Source of the DNA: an uncultured Fibrobacterota bacterium
GTDB lineage: Bacteria; Fibrobacterota; Chitinivibrionia; Chitinivibrionales; CAZJJT01
DNA: 45,355 bases
Reading direction: 5' to 3'
Assembly: GCA_964546395.1 (NCBI GenBank)
Contig: CAZJJT010000001.1
Location: 1-45,355, forward strand
This document shows, piece by piece, positions 1 through 8,719 of this stretch. The notes under the pieces were generated by a model. It was not told the DNA's origin and made no database searches. It saw only the letters and a list, made by a program, of their open reading frames with translations. The position numbers and the translations under genes were made by a program. Position 1 is the first letter of the stretch. Every line of letters starts with the position of its first letter.

Positions 1-959
1 CAGATCCCAGGGATGTCGCGCACCGTGTTGCTGAGCGGCGCAACAGTCATGTCGCACGTGGACGTGCCTATCACTTTCACCAGCACACCGGGCCGGACCC
101 CCGCGCCCACCGCACCCGTGTGCGCGTCGAATGCACCGATGGCAATCGGGATTCCGGCGGGCATACCCAGGCGCCGGGCCCACTCGGCGCACAGCACACC
201 TGCCCGCTCGTTGGCGTCCAGCGCCTTCGCCGGCCGCTTCTGTGCAACCCGCGCCACTTTCGGGTCCAGCATCGCCAGGAACTCCTGGTCCGGATACCCG
301 TTCCACTCCTCGCTGTACAGCGCCTTGTGACCCGCCGGGCAGATGCCCGGCCGAACCTGCATCGGATCGGCAATGCCCGCCAGAAGCGAGGGGATCCAGT
401 CGGCACACTCCACCCAGGAGTGCGCTGCCGAAAACACCTCGGGCGCAGTCTTCAGGCAATGCCACACCTTCGACCAGAACCACTCCGACGAGTATGTCCC
501 GCCGCACTTGGCAAGGTAGTGTGGCCGGTGCACGCGGGCAATCTCGGTGATCTTCGCGGCTTCCTCAATCCCCGTGTGGTCTTTCCACAGCCACGCCATC
601 GCCGACAGGTTCCTGCGGAACCGCGGCTGGAAACACAACGGACGGTTCTCCTTGTCTACCGGGATCGGGGTAGAACCGGTCGTGTCGACCCCCATGCCGA
701 TCACCCGATCGGCCGAGAAACCGCGTGTCTTCCGCGCGGCTGACAGTGCACCCCGGATCGATTTCTCGAGCCCCTCGACGTAGTCGGCCGGGTTCTGGCG
801 GGCCAGATTGGGATCCTTGCGGTCGAGGACGATGCCCTGATGACCGGACGGGTAGCTGTACACCTTCGAGCCGACTTCGCGGCCGCTCTTCACGTCGACG
901 ACGAGCGCCCTGACCGAGTTGGTGCCGTAGTCAACGCCGACAGCATACGTGGACGACAT
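1..959 (-). CDS. araB: Ribulokinase (FGGY carbohydrate kinase), N-terminal ~319 aa; the 3' end lies beyond the left window edge
   Basis: Absent from the ORF track because it is open at the window edge. My minus-strand translation from ATG (957-959) reads MSSTYAVGVDYGTNSVRALVVDVKSGREV...GMGVDTTGSTPIPVD...GGTYSSEWFWSKVWH...GAFDAHTGAVGAG...VKVIGTSTCDM. This is collinear with E. coli AraB as I remember it. AGGAGG lies 8 nt upstream of the ATG. Confidence 0.85.
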   Translation of the reverse strand, partial: MSSTYAVGVDYGTNSVRALVVDVKSGREVGSKVYSYPSGHQGIVLDRKDPNLARQNPADYVEGLEKSIRGALSAARKTRGFSADRVIGMGVDTTGSTPIPVDKENRPLCFQPRFRRNLSAMAWLWKDHTGIEEAAKITEIARVHRPHYLAKCGGTYSSEWFWSKVWHCLKTAPEVFSAAHSWVECADWIPSLLAGIADPMQVRPGICPAGHKALYSEEWNGYPDQEFLAMLDPKVARVAQKRPAKALDANERAGVLCAEWARRLGMPAGIPIAIGAFDAHTGAVGAGVRPGVLVKVIGTSTCDMTVAPLSNTVRDIPGI

Positions 960-1029
960 GGTTGTGACCTCCTTGCGAACCCGGAGCGCACTGGAAGGGG
1001 GTAATATATAACGCAGAGCGGGGAACGGC

Positions 1030-1938
1030 TCAGACCATGGTCACGAGGCGACGCGAGGCAAGCACCGTGTTGCCGATGAACCATTTGAGGCGGCCAACGG
1101 AGACCGTACGCCGGCAGAACACAGCACCGTCATGCCACGCCCCGTCGTTGTCCAGGCACCCCGCCGTGCCCTTGTCAAGCGACTGAAACAGCTCGGTGCT
1201 GCACTCCACGCCGCACAAACGGCGGTTCAGACTCAGCTTGACCCCGAGGAGGAATCCGCCCTGCTCGAACTCGCGGGCCTGTGAAGGGTCCAGCGACAGC
1301 GACAGGACATGGACCGCACCGTCGGGCTGTGACGCCAGTTCGCCCCGCTCAAACCGCATACGTACCGTCTGTGAGTTGCTCTGCGCGATAAAATCCATCA
1401 ACTCCGGCAGTAGCGTCGTCTTGCCGTACCGTTGCCGCTTGGCCAACCTCGAGTACTGCGTGAGCGTGGTGTGCCGCTCCAGCCGGTACGAGTAGTAGTT
1501 CTGCTGGTAGCGAATGGGCCATGAGCGGGTGAGCCTCACCAGGAACCCGTCGATATCGTCCCAGAGCTCCTTGCCGATGAAGAATGCACCGAGTATCGAT
1601 ACCACCGACTCCACCGACAGCAAGTCGCCGGGGTTGCAGAACACGAACACCAGGGTGATGAGCCCGCCAAGGAGGAACCCGAACAGCTTGTCGAAATCAC
1701 TGCTGATCCGCACGTAGGCCGAGCGCTGAAGGCTCAGGATGTCACGCACGTACTCCTCGAACGGGTTCAGCTTGATCTCGGCGGCCGAGAGCCGCCGGCT
1801 GTACGGGTAGACCACCACGTGGCAGTCCACCGAGGAACAGCGGCGGAGCTGGTCAACCCCCGACAGGTCAACATCGTACAGCCCCTCTATCGAAGGGCTG
1901 CGGACCAGCTGCACGATCTCACCGGTCGGTATCTGCAT
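1030..1938 (-). CDS. Hypothetical membrane protein: two central TM helices flanked by soluble N- and C-terminal regions
   Basis: 302-aa ORF with an ATG start. Hydrophobic segments are FGFLLGGLITLVFVFC and VVSILGAFFIGKELW. It sits 24 nt downstream of the DUF2378-like gene on the same strand. I recognise no family. Confidence 0.6.
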   Translation of the reverse strand: MQIPTGEIVQLVRSPSIEGLYDVDLSGVDQLRRCSSVDCHVVVYPYSRRLSAAEIKLNPFEEYVRDILSLQRSAYVRISSDFDKLFGFLLGGLITLVFVFCNPGDLLSVESVVSILGAFFIGKELWDDIDGFLVRLTRSWPIRYQQNYYSYRLERHTTLTQYSRLAKRQRYGKTTLLPELMDFIAQSNSQTVRMRFERGELASQPDGAVHVLSLSLDPSQAREFEQGGFLLGVKLSLNRRLCGVECSTELFQSLDKGTAGCLDNDGAWHDGAVFCRRTVSVGRLKWFIGNTVLASRRLVTMV

Positions 1939-1962
1939 GACCCCATCCCCCAGCCCCGGCCG

Positions 1963-2526
1963 CTACGACCACTGGTAGCGCCACTCGCAGTGCGCCGCAC
2001 CCCGCATGACGCACGTGGTGTGGATCCCCACCACGTTGCGGCACCCCGAAAGCTCCAGCGGCCCCTGGAACCACCCTCGAAGACGCTCGCCGCAGTAGTC
2101 GACATTGCGGTAGCCGAAGTCGCTCAGGCGCACCATGATGTACTTGTCGCCGGTCTCGACCACTTCGAGACGGCCGGAGTTGCAGGCAGTCGACCAGACA
2201 TTGGACGCCTTGCCGATGATAAACGAAGGCGTGCCGAGCTTGATGAATATCCGGTAGGCCAGGTTGAACGTATTCTTGGATGACTCCAGGGAGATGCGAT
2301 ACAGCACATCGGGATCGCCCGCGAACTCCGCCTTGATCGCCTCCATCAACTCACCCACGTACTCCACCGGGTACCAGCACGACGCCAGAGGGCTGCGCAT
2401 CTCGTCCTGCAGCTTCGCCGGCAGACGCCCCATGACACCCTCAAGTCGAGACCGCCCGTATGCCTTGACTATGGCCGCCTTGGTCGGCCCGAACCCACTG
2501 CCCTTCACCTTCACGCCACAAGCCAT
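1963..2526 (-). CDS. DUF2378-like (TIGR02265 'Myxococcus paralogous family'-like) protein of unknown function
   Basis: The ORF track starts at a GTG (2556). I prefer the ATG at 2524-2526 (MACGVKVKG...) because GAGGAG lies about 6 nt upstream. The C-terminal pattern ...CGERLRGWFQGPLELSGC...TTCVMRGAAHCEWRYQW resembles my memory of the Cys/Trp-terminated DUF2378 family. The family assignment is unverified. Confidence 0.55.
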   Translation of the reverse strand: MACGVKVKGSGFGPTKAAIVKAYGRSRLEGVMGRLPAKLQDEMRSPLASCWYPVEYVGELMEAIKAEFAGDPDVLYRISLESSKNTFNLAYRIFIKLGTPSFIIGKASNVWSTACNSGRLEVVETGDKYIMVRLSDFGYRNVDYCGERLRGWFQGPLELSGCRNVVGIHTTCVMRGAAHCEWRYQWS

Positions 2527-2747
2527 CTTCAACTCCTCAACAGTCTGATCGTGCACGATTTGCCGGGGCTGAACTCAGGTGCAGACCTCAATGATACTTC
2601 CTTGTCAGCTGGATTACAATACCCGTTGTTTATATATATACCAAATGCGTTAATACACCTACAGGACATTGGTACCCAGTCCACAATCTCCTACATTCCG
2701 GGAGTGCCCAACACGGAGCAGGAACACACCCAACCGGGAGGTATGCA

Positions 2748-3803
2748 ATGATTGGTACACGGATTGCCGTTGCCGCACTGGCCGGTGCCCTGGTGGTGCA
2801 GGCACAGACCTGTGATGACCCGTACGACCACACCCTGTGTGTCCCGACACTGCAGGCATCGGACGAAGCTTCGTTCTCCGTCAGCGACAACGCCCTTTCG
2901 TCGTTCTGGGGCAACTGGACAGGCAACGACTACATTGATTTGATATCGCCCGACAACTGCTACCCGGATCGCTGCGGATTCGTTGGCACCGATGACGCCA
3001 CGCTGATGGTCAAAGCCGCGGCTTCCACACGCGGCCTCTACCTTCTGGTCGAGGTCAACGACAACACGTGGGTCGACCGCGCTGACGCCAACGACTGGGG
3101 AGCAGACGCGGTCGACTTGTACCTTGATGCACGTGCGCCAAACGATATTGCGACATGCACGGGCTGCCTGATCGGCATGTACAGCTCTTCACTTACCTAC
3201 ACCACTCGCCAGTTCTTCGTGTGGATGGGTGGCTCCTCGCTTCCCGACGGTGCGCTGGCGGCGCACTACGACGACAACCTGTGGTCGTGGCAGAGCGCCA
3301 CCATGACCTGGGAGCAGCTTCAATCACAATGGGGCATGCATGCCGAGGTGGTGAGTATAGATGCCACGCGCAAGGCGCAGGAATGGTTCCTTCCGTGGGA
3401 CCGCTTCGGCGGCGATTTCGTAGAAGGTGCAAGCCTGGCTGGTCGACAACTCGGCCTGTCGGGCGGGTACAATGACAAGGATGGTGACAACAGCGAACCG
3501 CACTGCCTGCGCTGGCTCACCCGTGACCCGTGGGCGACCGATGCTACGAGCACCAACTACTGGGGAACCCTGCAGCTCGCGGACGACATCGGACCAGTTG
3601 CGGCGGCAAGCGCCGTACATCCCCGTTCGGGCGTCGTCCCGGCCCAGGGCAGCTGCAGACAGGCGGGGAGCGCCGCGGGGCGTTACTCTCTTGCGGGCCA
3701 GCGCGTTGCCGGTGCGCGGTCCATGCACACCACCGCATCGGGCGTCTATGTCGCCCGCGCGGCAGACGGTCGCACGGTGCGCCTCTTGCCGGGCCCGAGA
3801 TAG
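2748..3803 (+). CDS. Secreted carbohydrate-binding (CBM9/DOMON-like) protein with a short T9SS-type C-terminal sorting-domain-like tail
   Basis: GGAGG lies 6 nt upstream of the ATG. Signal peptide is MIGTRIAVAALAGALVVQAQ. The motif LYLLVEVNDNTWVD...WGADAVDLYLD is typical of CBM9-like modules. The tail RYSLAGQRVAGARSMHTTASGVYVARAADGRTVRLL resembles Por/T9SS CTDs. Confidence 0.65.
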   Translation: MIGTRIAVAALAGALVVQAQTCDDPYDHTLCVPTLQASDEASFSVSDNALSSFWGNWTGNDYIDLISPDNCYPDRCGFVGTDDATLMVKAAASTRGLYLLVEVNDNTWVDRADANDWGADAVDLYLDARAPNDIATCTGCLIGMYSSSLTYTTRQFFVWMGGSSLPDGALAAHYDDNLWSWQSATMTWEQLQSQWGMHAEVVSIDATRKAQEWFLPWDRFGGDFVEGASLAGRQLGLSGGYNDKDGDNSEPHCLRWLTRDPWATDATSTNYWGTLQLADDIGPVAAASAVHPRSGVVPAQGSCRQAGSAAGRYSLAGQRVAGARSMHTTASGVYVARAADGRTVRLLPGPR

Positions 3804-3809
3804 GCAGAA

Positions 3810-3834
3810 GGCCCCGGGGGGTTAGTCCGGGGCC
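3810..3834. terminator. GC hairpin after the CBM9-like gene
   Basis: Stem ggccccgg (3810-3817) pairs with ccggggcc (3827-3834). It lies 7 nt after the stop codon and has no clear U-tract. Confidence 0.45.
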
Positions 3835-3910
3835 CTCAAGCAGGAGGGGGCTATGCGCTGTCATGCAATCGCCCAAACCCATTCTACCATGGGCATGGCC
3901 CCGAAGCAAG

Positions 3911-3942
3911 GGAAAAAACAGCCCCGGCGCAAGCCGGGGCTG
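3911..3942 (-). terminator. Rho-independent terminator of the TonB-dependent receptor gene
   Basis: Stem cagccccggc (3919-3928), loop gcaa, stem gccggggctg (3933-3942). On the minus strand it is followed by a T-run (plus-strand aaaaaa at 3913-3918). It lies 13 nt downstream of the receptor stop. Confidence 0.65.
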
Positions 3943-3954
3943 CCGCATTTCGGC

Positions 3955-6009
3955 TCAGTAGTGGTACCGGAGTCCGATCGTGTACTTGCGCCCGAAGTCC
4001 GGATATCCGACCACGGTCGAATAGCGTACATCGGTCAGGTTGTCGACAGCGACGTACACGCGGAACTGCTGTCCGGAGGAGAGCCGGTACGTGTACCCCC
4101 CGCTGATGTCGAGCGTGGAGAAGTCGCCGATCTCGACGGTTTCCTTGTTGAGGGCGAAGCGCGAACTCTCGTATTCCGACACATACTTGCCGTGTACATT
4201 CAGGTCGAACGCACCGAGATACAGGCGCAGTCCGCCTCCGACGATCGCTTCGGGCTTCTCGTTGTCGGCCACGAACGCATCTCCCGTGGGTTTCCGTCTC
4301 TGGTGCCGCATGAGCGCGGCATTCGCAAAGCCCTCCGCCACGCCTTTGAACCGCGCCGTGCGCACCTCCGCTTCCACTCCCGCGGTGCGCATGTCCACAT
4401 TCTCGTAGAGCGGCATCAGCAGCGAGTCTCCGTTTACCGCAACGGTGTCCCACTTGCTGGTGATATTGACGCCATCGGCGCGGTAGACGACGAAGCCGCT
4501 GAGCGTTGCCGTGCCGAGCGTGCCATGCGCGGCCGCCACGCCGATGTCGACCTTGGTCTGCCGCTCGGCCTCGAGTTCCTTCAGCAGCGTGTCCACCGTG
4601 CCGGGAAGCGGGTTGACGAACCCGAACGCGCCGTAGCCGGTGAGTGAGATGCCGGGGAGCAGGTCGTAGCGGAGGCCAAGGTTGGCATTCAGCTGCGACT
4701 TGCGCCACTCGTCCTCAACCGGGTCGAGCGCAACCGGCCTGCCGGCTGCACGCCACACCACGCTGCCATCCACGTTGTACGCCGCGAACTCGTCGACATA
4801 GTCCTTCAGCCAGCGCACACCCAGATCCACCGAGAGCTTGCCGAACGAGTGCTCGTCAGCAACCGCAGCCGAAAGCGTCTGGATCGCGCAGCGCTTGCCC
4901 GAATAGAACCGCTTGCCGAACGGCGCCACCCAGTTGTTGTAGAGGAGACTGATGCGCATGACGTTCTGGCCGAACAGGCTCATCGCGTGGACGTAGTTGG
5001 CGCCCCACTCCCAGTCCAGATCGGGGTTGGCAGGTTCGCTGGCTGTGTCGCTGGCGTAGAAGTCGTGGTTACGACGGGTATAGTAGAGCAGCAGCGAGCC
5101 CGACATGCGGTCGCTGAAACGGTACATGGTGCGCGCGTTGGTGATGAGCGCGCGATGCGGGTCGAAGCGCTGCGGGATGGTCATGCTGGCGTTTGCAGTG
5201 TCGCCCGGGTACTCAATCAGCGATATCTCGCGCGTGCCGTACAGGCCGAACACGTTGGCCTGTACCGTCAGTTTTTCTCCCGGCGACACGCGGGTACGCA
5301 GGTAGAAATCCCACGCTTCCTCACCCGCGTTCTTCCCCTCCGGCCCCTCGGTCTGCAGCCCGCCTACGCCAGCGGAGTATTGCACCGGTCCCAGCGACGC
5401 CCCGTGGTTGACTGTGGCCCGGTACGTGTCGAACGAACCGTACGAGAGATCGCAGTCGAGACCAAGCTTGTCGTAGGAGCGCGGCACGATGTTGATGATG
5501 CCGGTAAGACCCGACACCCCGTTAATCAGCGCGGCGCTCGAACGAATGACCTCGATGCGCTCGATGTCCGCGGAAGGGAAGAAGTACGGAAGCTCCTCGA
5601 ACTCGCGCTGCCACACGCCGTCAACCGCATAGTCCGGATACGGATACTTCTGGCCCCGTACCGACGCGAAACTCTTCACCTTGCGGCCGCGCGACTCGAC
5701 CCATGCGCCCGGCACGTACTCCAGGGCATCGATAACCGTGGCCGCGTTCTGCGCTTCGATATCTTCGCGATCAACCACCGAAAGCGAGGGCTGCAGGGCT
5801 GGCGATTCGAGCAGTGGGTTCTCCACCGCGTCGCGCACGCGCGCCCGTACGCGCACCGTGTCGAGACTGGCCGGTTCACCAGCCACGAGCGCCGTGTCTG
5901 CCACGGGCTCTGCTGCAGACGTGCTCGCCCCGTCTTGCTGCGCCGCGGCCCACACCGCACACACCGCCGCCAACAACCCCACGTGCTGCCACGCTGCGTT
6001 CCACACCAT
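3955..6009 (-). CDS. TonB-dependent outer-membrane receptor, with no N-terminal STN signalling extension
   Basis: Signal peptide VGLLAAVCAVWAAAQQ. Candidate TonB box LDTVRVRA. Plug motifs DREDIEAQNAATVIDALEYVPGAWV and IERIEVIRSSAALINGVSGLTGIINIV. Long beta-barrel with an aromatic C-terminus (...YTIGLRYHY). GGAGGAGG lies upstream; the ATG at 6009 is preferred over the adjacent GTG at 6012. Confidence 0.9.
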   Translation of the reverse strand: MVWNAAWQHVGLLAAVCAVWAAAQQDGASTSAAEPVADTALVAGEPASLDTVRVRARVRDAVENPLLESPALQPSLSVVDREDIEAQNAATVIDALEYVPGAWVESRGRKVKSFASVRGQKYPYPDYAVDGVWQREFEELPYFFPSADIERIEVIRSSAALINGVSGLTGIINIVPRSYDKLGLDCDLSYGSFDTYRATVNHGASLGPVQYSAGVGGLQTEGPEGKNAGEEAWDFYLRTRVSPGEKLTVQANVFGLYGTREISLIEYPGDTANASMTIPQRFDPHRALITNARTMYRFSDRMSGSLLLYYTRRNHDFYASDTASEPANPDLDWEWGANYVHAMSLFGQNVMRISLLYNNWVAPFGKRFYSGKRCAIQTLSAAVADEHSFGKLSVDLGVRWLKDYVDEFAAYNVDGSVVWRAAGRPVALDPVEDEWRKSQLNANLGLRYDLLPGISLTGYGAFGFVNPLPGTVDTLLKELEAERQTKVDIGVAAAHGTLGTATLSGFVVYRADGVNITSKWDTVAVNGDSLLMPLYENVDMRTAGVEAEVRTARFKGVAEGFANAALMRHQRRKPTGDAFVADNEKPEAIVGGGLRLYLGAFDLNVHGKYVSEYESSRFALNKETVEIGDFSTLDISGGYTYRLSSGQQFRVYVAVDNLTDVRYSTVVGYPDFGRKYTIGLRYHY

Positions 6010-6056
6010 CACCTTCCTCCTCCCTGCACTCCGGCAGGCATTCGTATCCCGGCATG

Positions 6057-7439
6057 TCAGATTGAACCAAATGCTTCGCGTGTGTCTATCGCATGCAGCA
6101 CGCCGTCGTTGTCCACCACCAGGCCCAGCACGGTAGCGGTGGGAACGAACCCCGAACAGGCGTTGGGCAGCGACACGCGCGTGCGCGGTTTCCCCGTCAA
6201 ACCGTCCAACACCGTGAGCGCGTCACGCCGCGACGCATCAGCGTACACGACGTTGCCATGGTAGCAGTACAGCGGGCTGCACCCCTCGGCGGTGCGCTGC
6301 CACAGCGTCTTGCCGCTGGCAGCGTCCAGCGCGCTCACCTGCCGGTCGCGGACATACACCACCGAACCACAGGCGATCAACTGCGCCCCACCAATGCCGT
6401 CCCGGTCCCACACTATCCCGCCGTCACGCGCGTCCACACATGTCACGTGTCCTGCCAGGCCGCCGCCGGCATGCGACACGAACAGACGGTTCTCCGCGAA
6501 ATCCATCACGGCCCGCGCCAGTACCGGCGCCTCGTCGGCAATGGTCGCAACCCACACCCGCGCACCATCGCGCGAGTCAAGACACTGCAGCTCTCCTCCT
6601 GCCATCGTCAGCACCCGATCCATGACGCACAGCGGCTGCGATACCCCACCCGACACGCCGATCACCGACCACAGCACATCGCCCGAAGCGGTGTCAAGGG
6701 CCCAGAGCGTCGCGCCGGCAGGCCACAGCACGCGAGTCCCGGCCGGTACGGCCCTGCCCCGAATCCCCCGCGCATCAGGGGGCGCGAAGTGCCAGCGTAC
6801 TTCTCCCGTGCCGCCATCGAGCGCCACCAGCGAACCCTCGCGCCCCTTCTCTGCCGACACCGAGTACACGTGCGCGTGATCGGTGGAGAGAAACCCCATG
6901 CTGGGCGCCGTCGAACGCCACAACTGCCCGCCGCCCTCGAGATCCAGGGCGGTCACCATGGCGCCTGCCGGGGTGTTCTGGAAGGCATACACCGACACTG
7001 GCCCGGCAACGGGCGCGAAGACGTCGGTGGTCGAAGCCACGGAGAGTCCGGGGTGTGTCCATGTCTGGAATGATGCACCGAGTCGGGGATCGCCCCGCAT
7101 CGCCTGCCACATGGCGCCCGCAGTTCCCACGGCCACCACCGCACACGCGGCGGCGGCCCACACGCGGAGATGCCGGAATCCGGAGCGGTGAGACCCGGCG
7201 AGAGACCCACTGTCCAGGGCCTCACCCACTGCCCTGCGCATGCTCTCCACGCGCGTGATCGGCAGAGGTCCAGGCGTCGTGCAGACCCTGAGCGCATCGG
7301 CCGTGGCAGTCACCTTCGCGAGCGCCGCCCGGCACTGTGCGCACCCCGCCACGTGGCTGTCGAAACGCCGCCGATCGATATCGGACAGCACCCCCAACAC
7401 AGCCGCTTCCAGCATGCCGCGAGCCGTTGTGCAGTTCAT
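6057..7439 (-). CDS. Anti-sigma factor: N-terminal zf-HC2, one TM helix, periplasmic PQQ-like (BamB-like) beta-propeller
   Basis: I trimmed the ORF-track start to ATG 7437-7439, which has GAGG 5 nt upstream. N-terminus is MNCTTARGMLEAAVLGVLSDIDRRRFDSHVAGCAQCRAAL (H-x3-C-x2-C). TM helix is VWAAAACAVVAVGTAGAMW. It contains 7-8 repeats of the type ALDxxxGxxxW (ALDLEGGGQLW, ALDGGTGEVRW, ALDTASGDVLW, CLDSRDGARVW, CVDARDGGIVW, ALDAASGKTLW). Confidence 0.8.
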   Translation of the reverse strand: MNCTTARGMLEAAVLGVLSDIDRRRFDSHVAGCAQCRAALAKVTATADALRVCTTPGPLPITRVESMRRAVGEALDSGSLAGSHRSGFRHLRVWAAAACAVVAVGTAGAMWQAMRGDPRLGASFQTWTHPGLSVASTTDVFAPVAGPVSVYAFQNTPAGAMVTALDLEGGGQLWRSTAPSMGFLSTDHAHVYSVSAEKGREGSLVALDGGTGEVRWHFAPPDARGIRGRAVPAGTRVLWPAGATLWALDTASGDVLWSVIGVSGGVSQPLCVMDRVLTMAGGELQCLDSRDGARVWVATIADEAPVLARAVMDFAENRLFVSHAGGGLAGHVTCVDARDGGIVWDRDGIGGAQLIACGSVVYVRDRQVSALDAASGKTLWQRTAEGCSPLYCYHGNVVYADASRRDALTVLDGLTGKPRTRVSLPNACSGFVPTATVLGLVVDNDGVLHAIDTREAFGSI

Positions 7440-7513
7440 GAGGACCTCGGTCGATGAGTGAAGGCATCTTCTAAGAACACAGTACGCACATGGCTGTCCG
7501 AGCGGGACACCTC

Positions 7514-8050
7514 TCACCCACCGGCGTTCATGCGGACGGCGCGAAGGGCGCGCTGTGCACGCTTCTTGGCTGCTTCCGCCGAACACCCCACCGCCGCACC
7601 GATCTCGGCAAACGTGAACCCATGGGCGATGCTGAGCACCAGCACGCGGCGCTCATCGGGACGCAGTCGCCGCACCGCGTCCCAGACTTCACTGCGCATC
7701 GATACCGTTTCGGTCACGGGCGGCTCTTCGAGTCGGTCGCGGTATGCCTCGTGGGTCCGCAGGCGTCGAATCATGTCGCGGCATACGTTGCGTACGATGG
7801 CGTAGTACCATTGCGCGAAGGGTGCAAATGGGCGGTAGTGATGGCGGGCGCGCACCAGGCGCAGGAGACTCTCCTGCACCGCATCCTCGGCCAGCGGACG
7901 TTCGTGGAGATAGTCGAAGGCGATGGTGAACGCCGGCTGCGCGTAGCGCGTCACGAGCACATCCACCGCGTCATGCTCGCCGGTATACCGGAATCGCGTC
8001 ATCAACGTTTCGTCGGAGGCACGGTCGACACCACCACCGACCGCGCTCAA
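7514..8050 (-). CDS. ECF (sigma-70 group IV) RNA polymerase sigma factor
   Basis: Region 2 reads DAVDVLVTRYAQPAFTIAFDYL...AEDAVQESLLRLV. Region 4 HTH reads ERRVLVLSIAHGFTFAEIGAAVGCSAEAAKKRAQRALRAV. The ORF-track start is a TTG that overlaps the ABC ATPase stop (TTGA). An alternative start is the ATG at 8002. Confidence 0.85.
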   Translation of the reverse strand: MSAVGGGVDRASDETLMTRFRYTGEHDAVDVLVTRYAQPAFTIAFDYLHERPLAEDAVQESLLRLVRARHHYRPFAPFAQWYYAIVRNVCRDMIRRLRTHEAYRDRLEEPPVTETVSMRSEVWDAVRRLRPDERRVLVLSIAHGFTFAEIGAAVGCSAEAAKKRAQRALRAVRMNAGG

Positions 8051-8715
8051 GTGGCAACGCTCCCCTGCTCAATCCGGACGGTCCGGTCACCGCGTCCCGC
8101 TGCCGCCGCATCATGCGTCACCAGCATCACGGCGCCGCCCCCTGCGGCGAAATCGCGGATATAGTCGAGGACAGCGGCGGCATTCGTCTCGTCAAGGTTC
8201 CCCGTGGGTTCATCGGCCAGTAGCAGGCGCGGCCTGTTCACCAACGCGCGCGCCATGGCCACACGCTGCTGCTCGCCCGCGCTCAGTTCGCCCGGGAGGT
8301 GCTGCACGCGGGAGGCAAGCCCGAATCGCTCGAGCAACTCCCGGCCGCGCCCTTCTTCCCCGGCGTTCCGCGCCGCCACCAGCGGCACGAGAACGTTCTC
8401 GAGCACGCTCAGGTACGGTATCAGGTTGAACTGCTGGAACGCAAAGCCGATACTGTCGGCGCGCAGCGCCGCCCTCGCCGCCGACCCGAGCGGCCCGAGC
8501 GCGGTCCCGCACACCCGTATGTCTCCTTCGTCGACGCTGAGCAGGCCCGCGGCCGCCAGCAGGGCCGTAGTCTTACCCGACCCGCTCGGACCGCGCACAG
8601 CCACAAACTCACCGGCGGCAATACAGAGCGAGAAGTCGCGCAGGGCATGCACCTGGCTGCTGCCGGTACGATACGTCTTGGCTACACCATGCATCTCCAG
8701 CACACAGTCGGCCAC
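8047..8715 (-). CDS. ABC transporter ATP-binding protein (LolD/MacB-type)
   Basis: Walker A GPSGSGKTT, Q-loop FQQFNL, signature LSAGEQQRVAMARAL, Walker B LLLADEPTGNLD. I chose the GTG start at 8715: AAGGAG lies 8 nt upstream and it is 5 nt past the upstream permease stop. The track's longer N-terminus overlaps the permease. Confidence 0.9.
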   Translation of the reverse strand: MADCVLEMHGVAKTYRTGSSQVHALRDFSLCIAAGEFVAVRGPSGSGKTTALLAAAGLLSVDEGDIRVCGTALGPLGSAARAALRADSIGFAFQQFNLIPYLSVLENVLVPLVAARNAGEEGRGRELLERFGLASRVQHLPGELSAGEQQRVAMARALVNRPRLLLADEPTGNLDETNAAAVLDYIRDFAAGGGAVMLVTHDAAAAGRGDRTVRIEQGSVAT

Positions 8716-8719
8716 GGGA

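Noticed and set aside
13-783. Several plus-strand and minus-strand ORFs of 60-207 aa at the left edge
   Set aside because: All of them overlap the ribulokinase reading frame, which is open to the window edge and therefore missing from the track. Their translations are Arg/Pro-rich.
4849-6264. 471-aa plus-strand ORF, with several shorter ones, across the TonB receptor locus
   Set aside because: It is antisense to a gene with clear plug and barrel motifs. The translation is Arg/Ala/Pro/His-rich with no recognisable domains, which is typical of shadow ORFs in GC-rich DNA.
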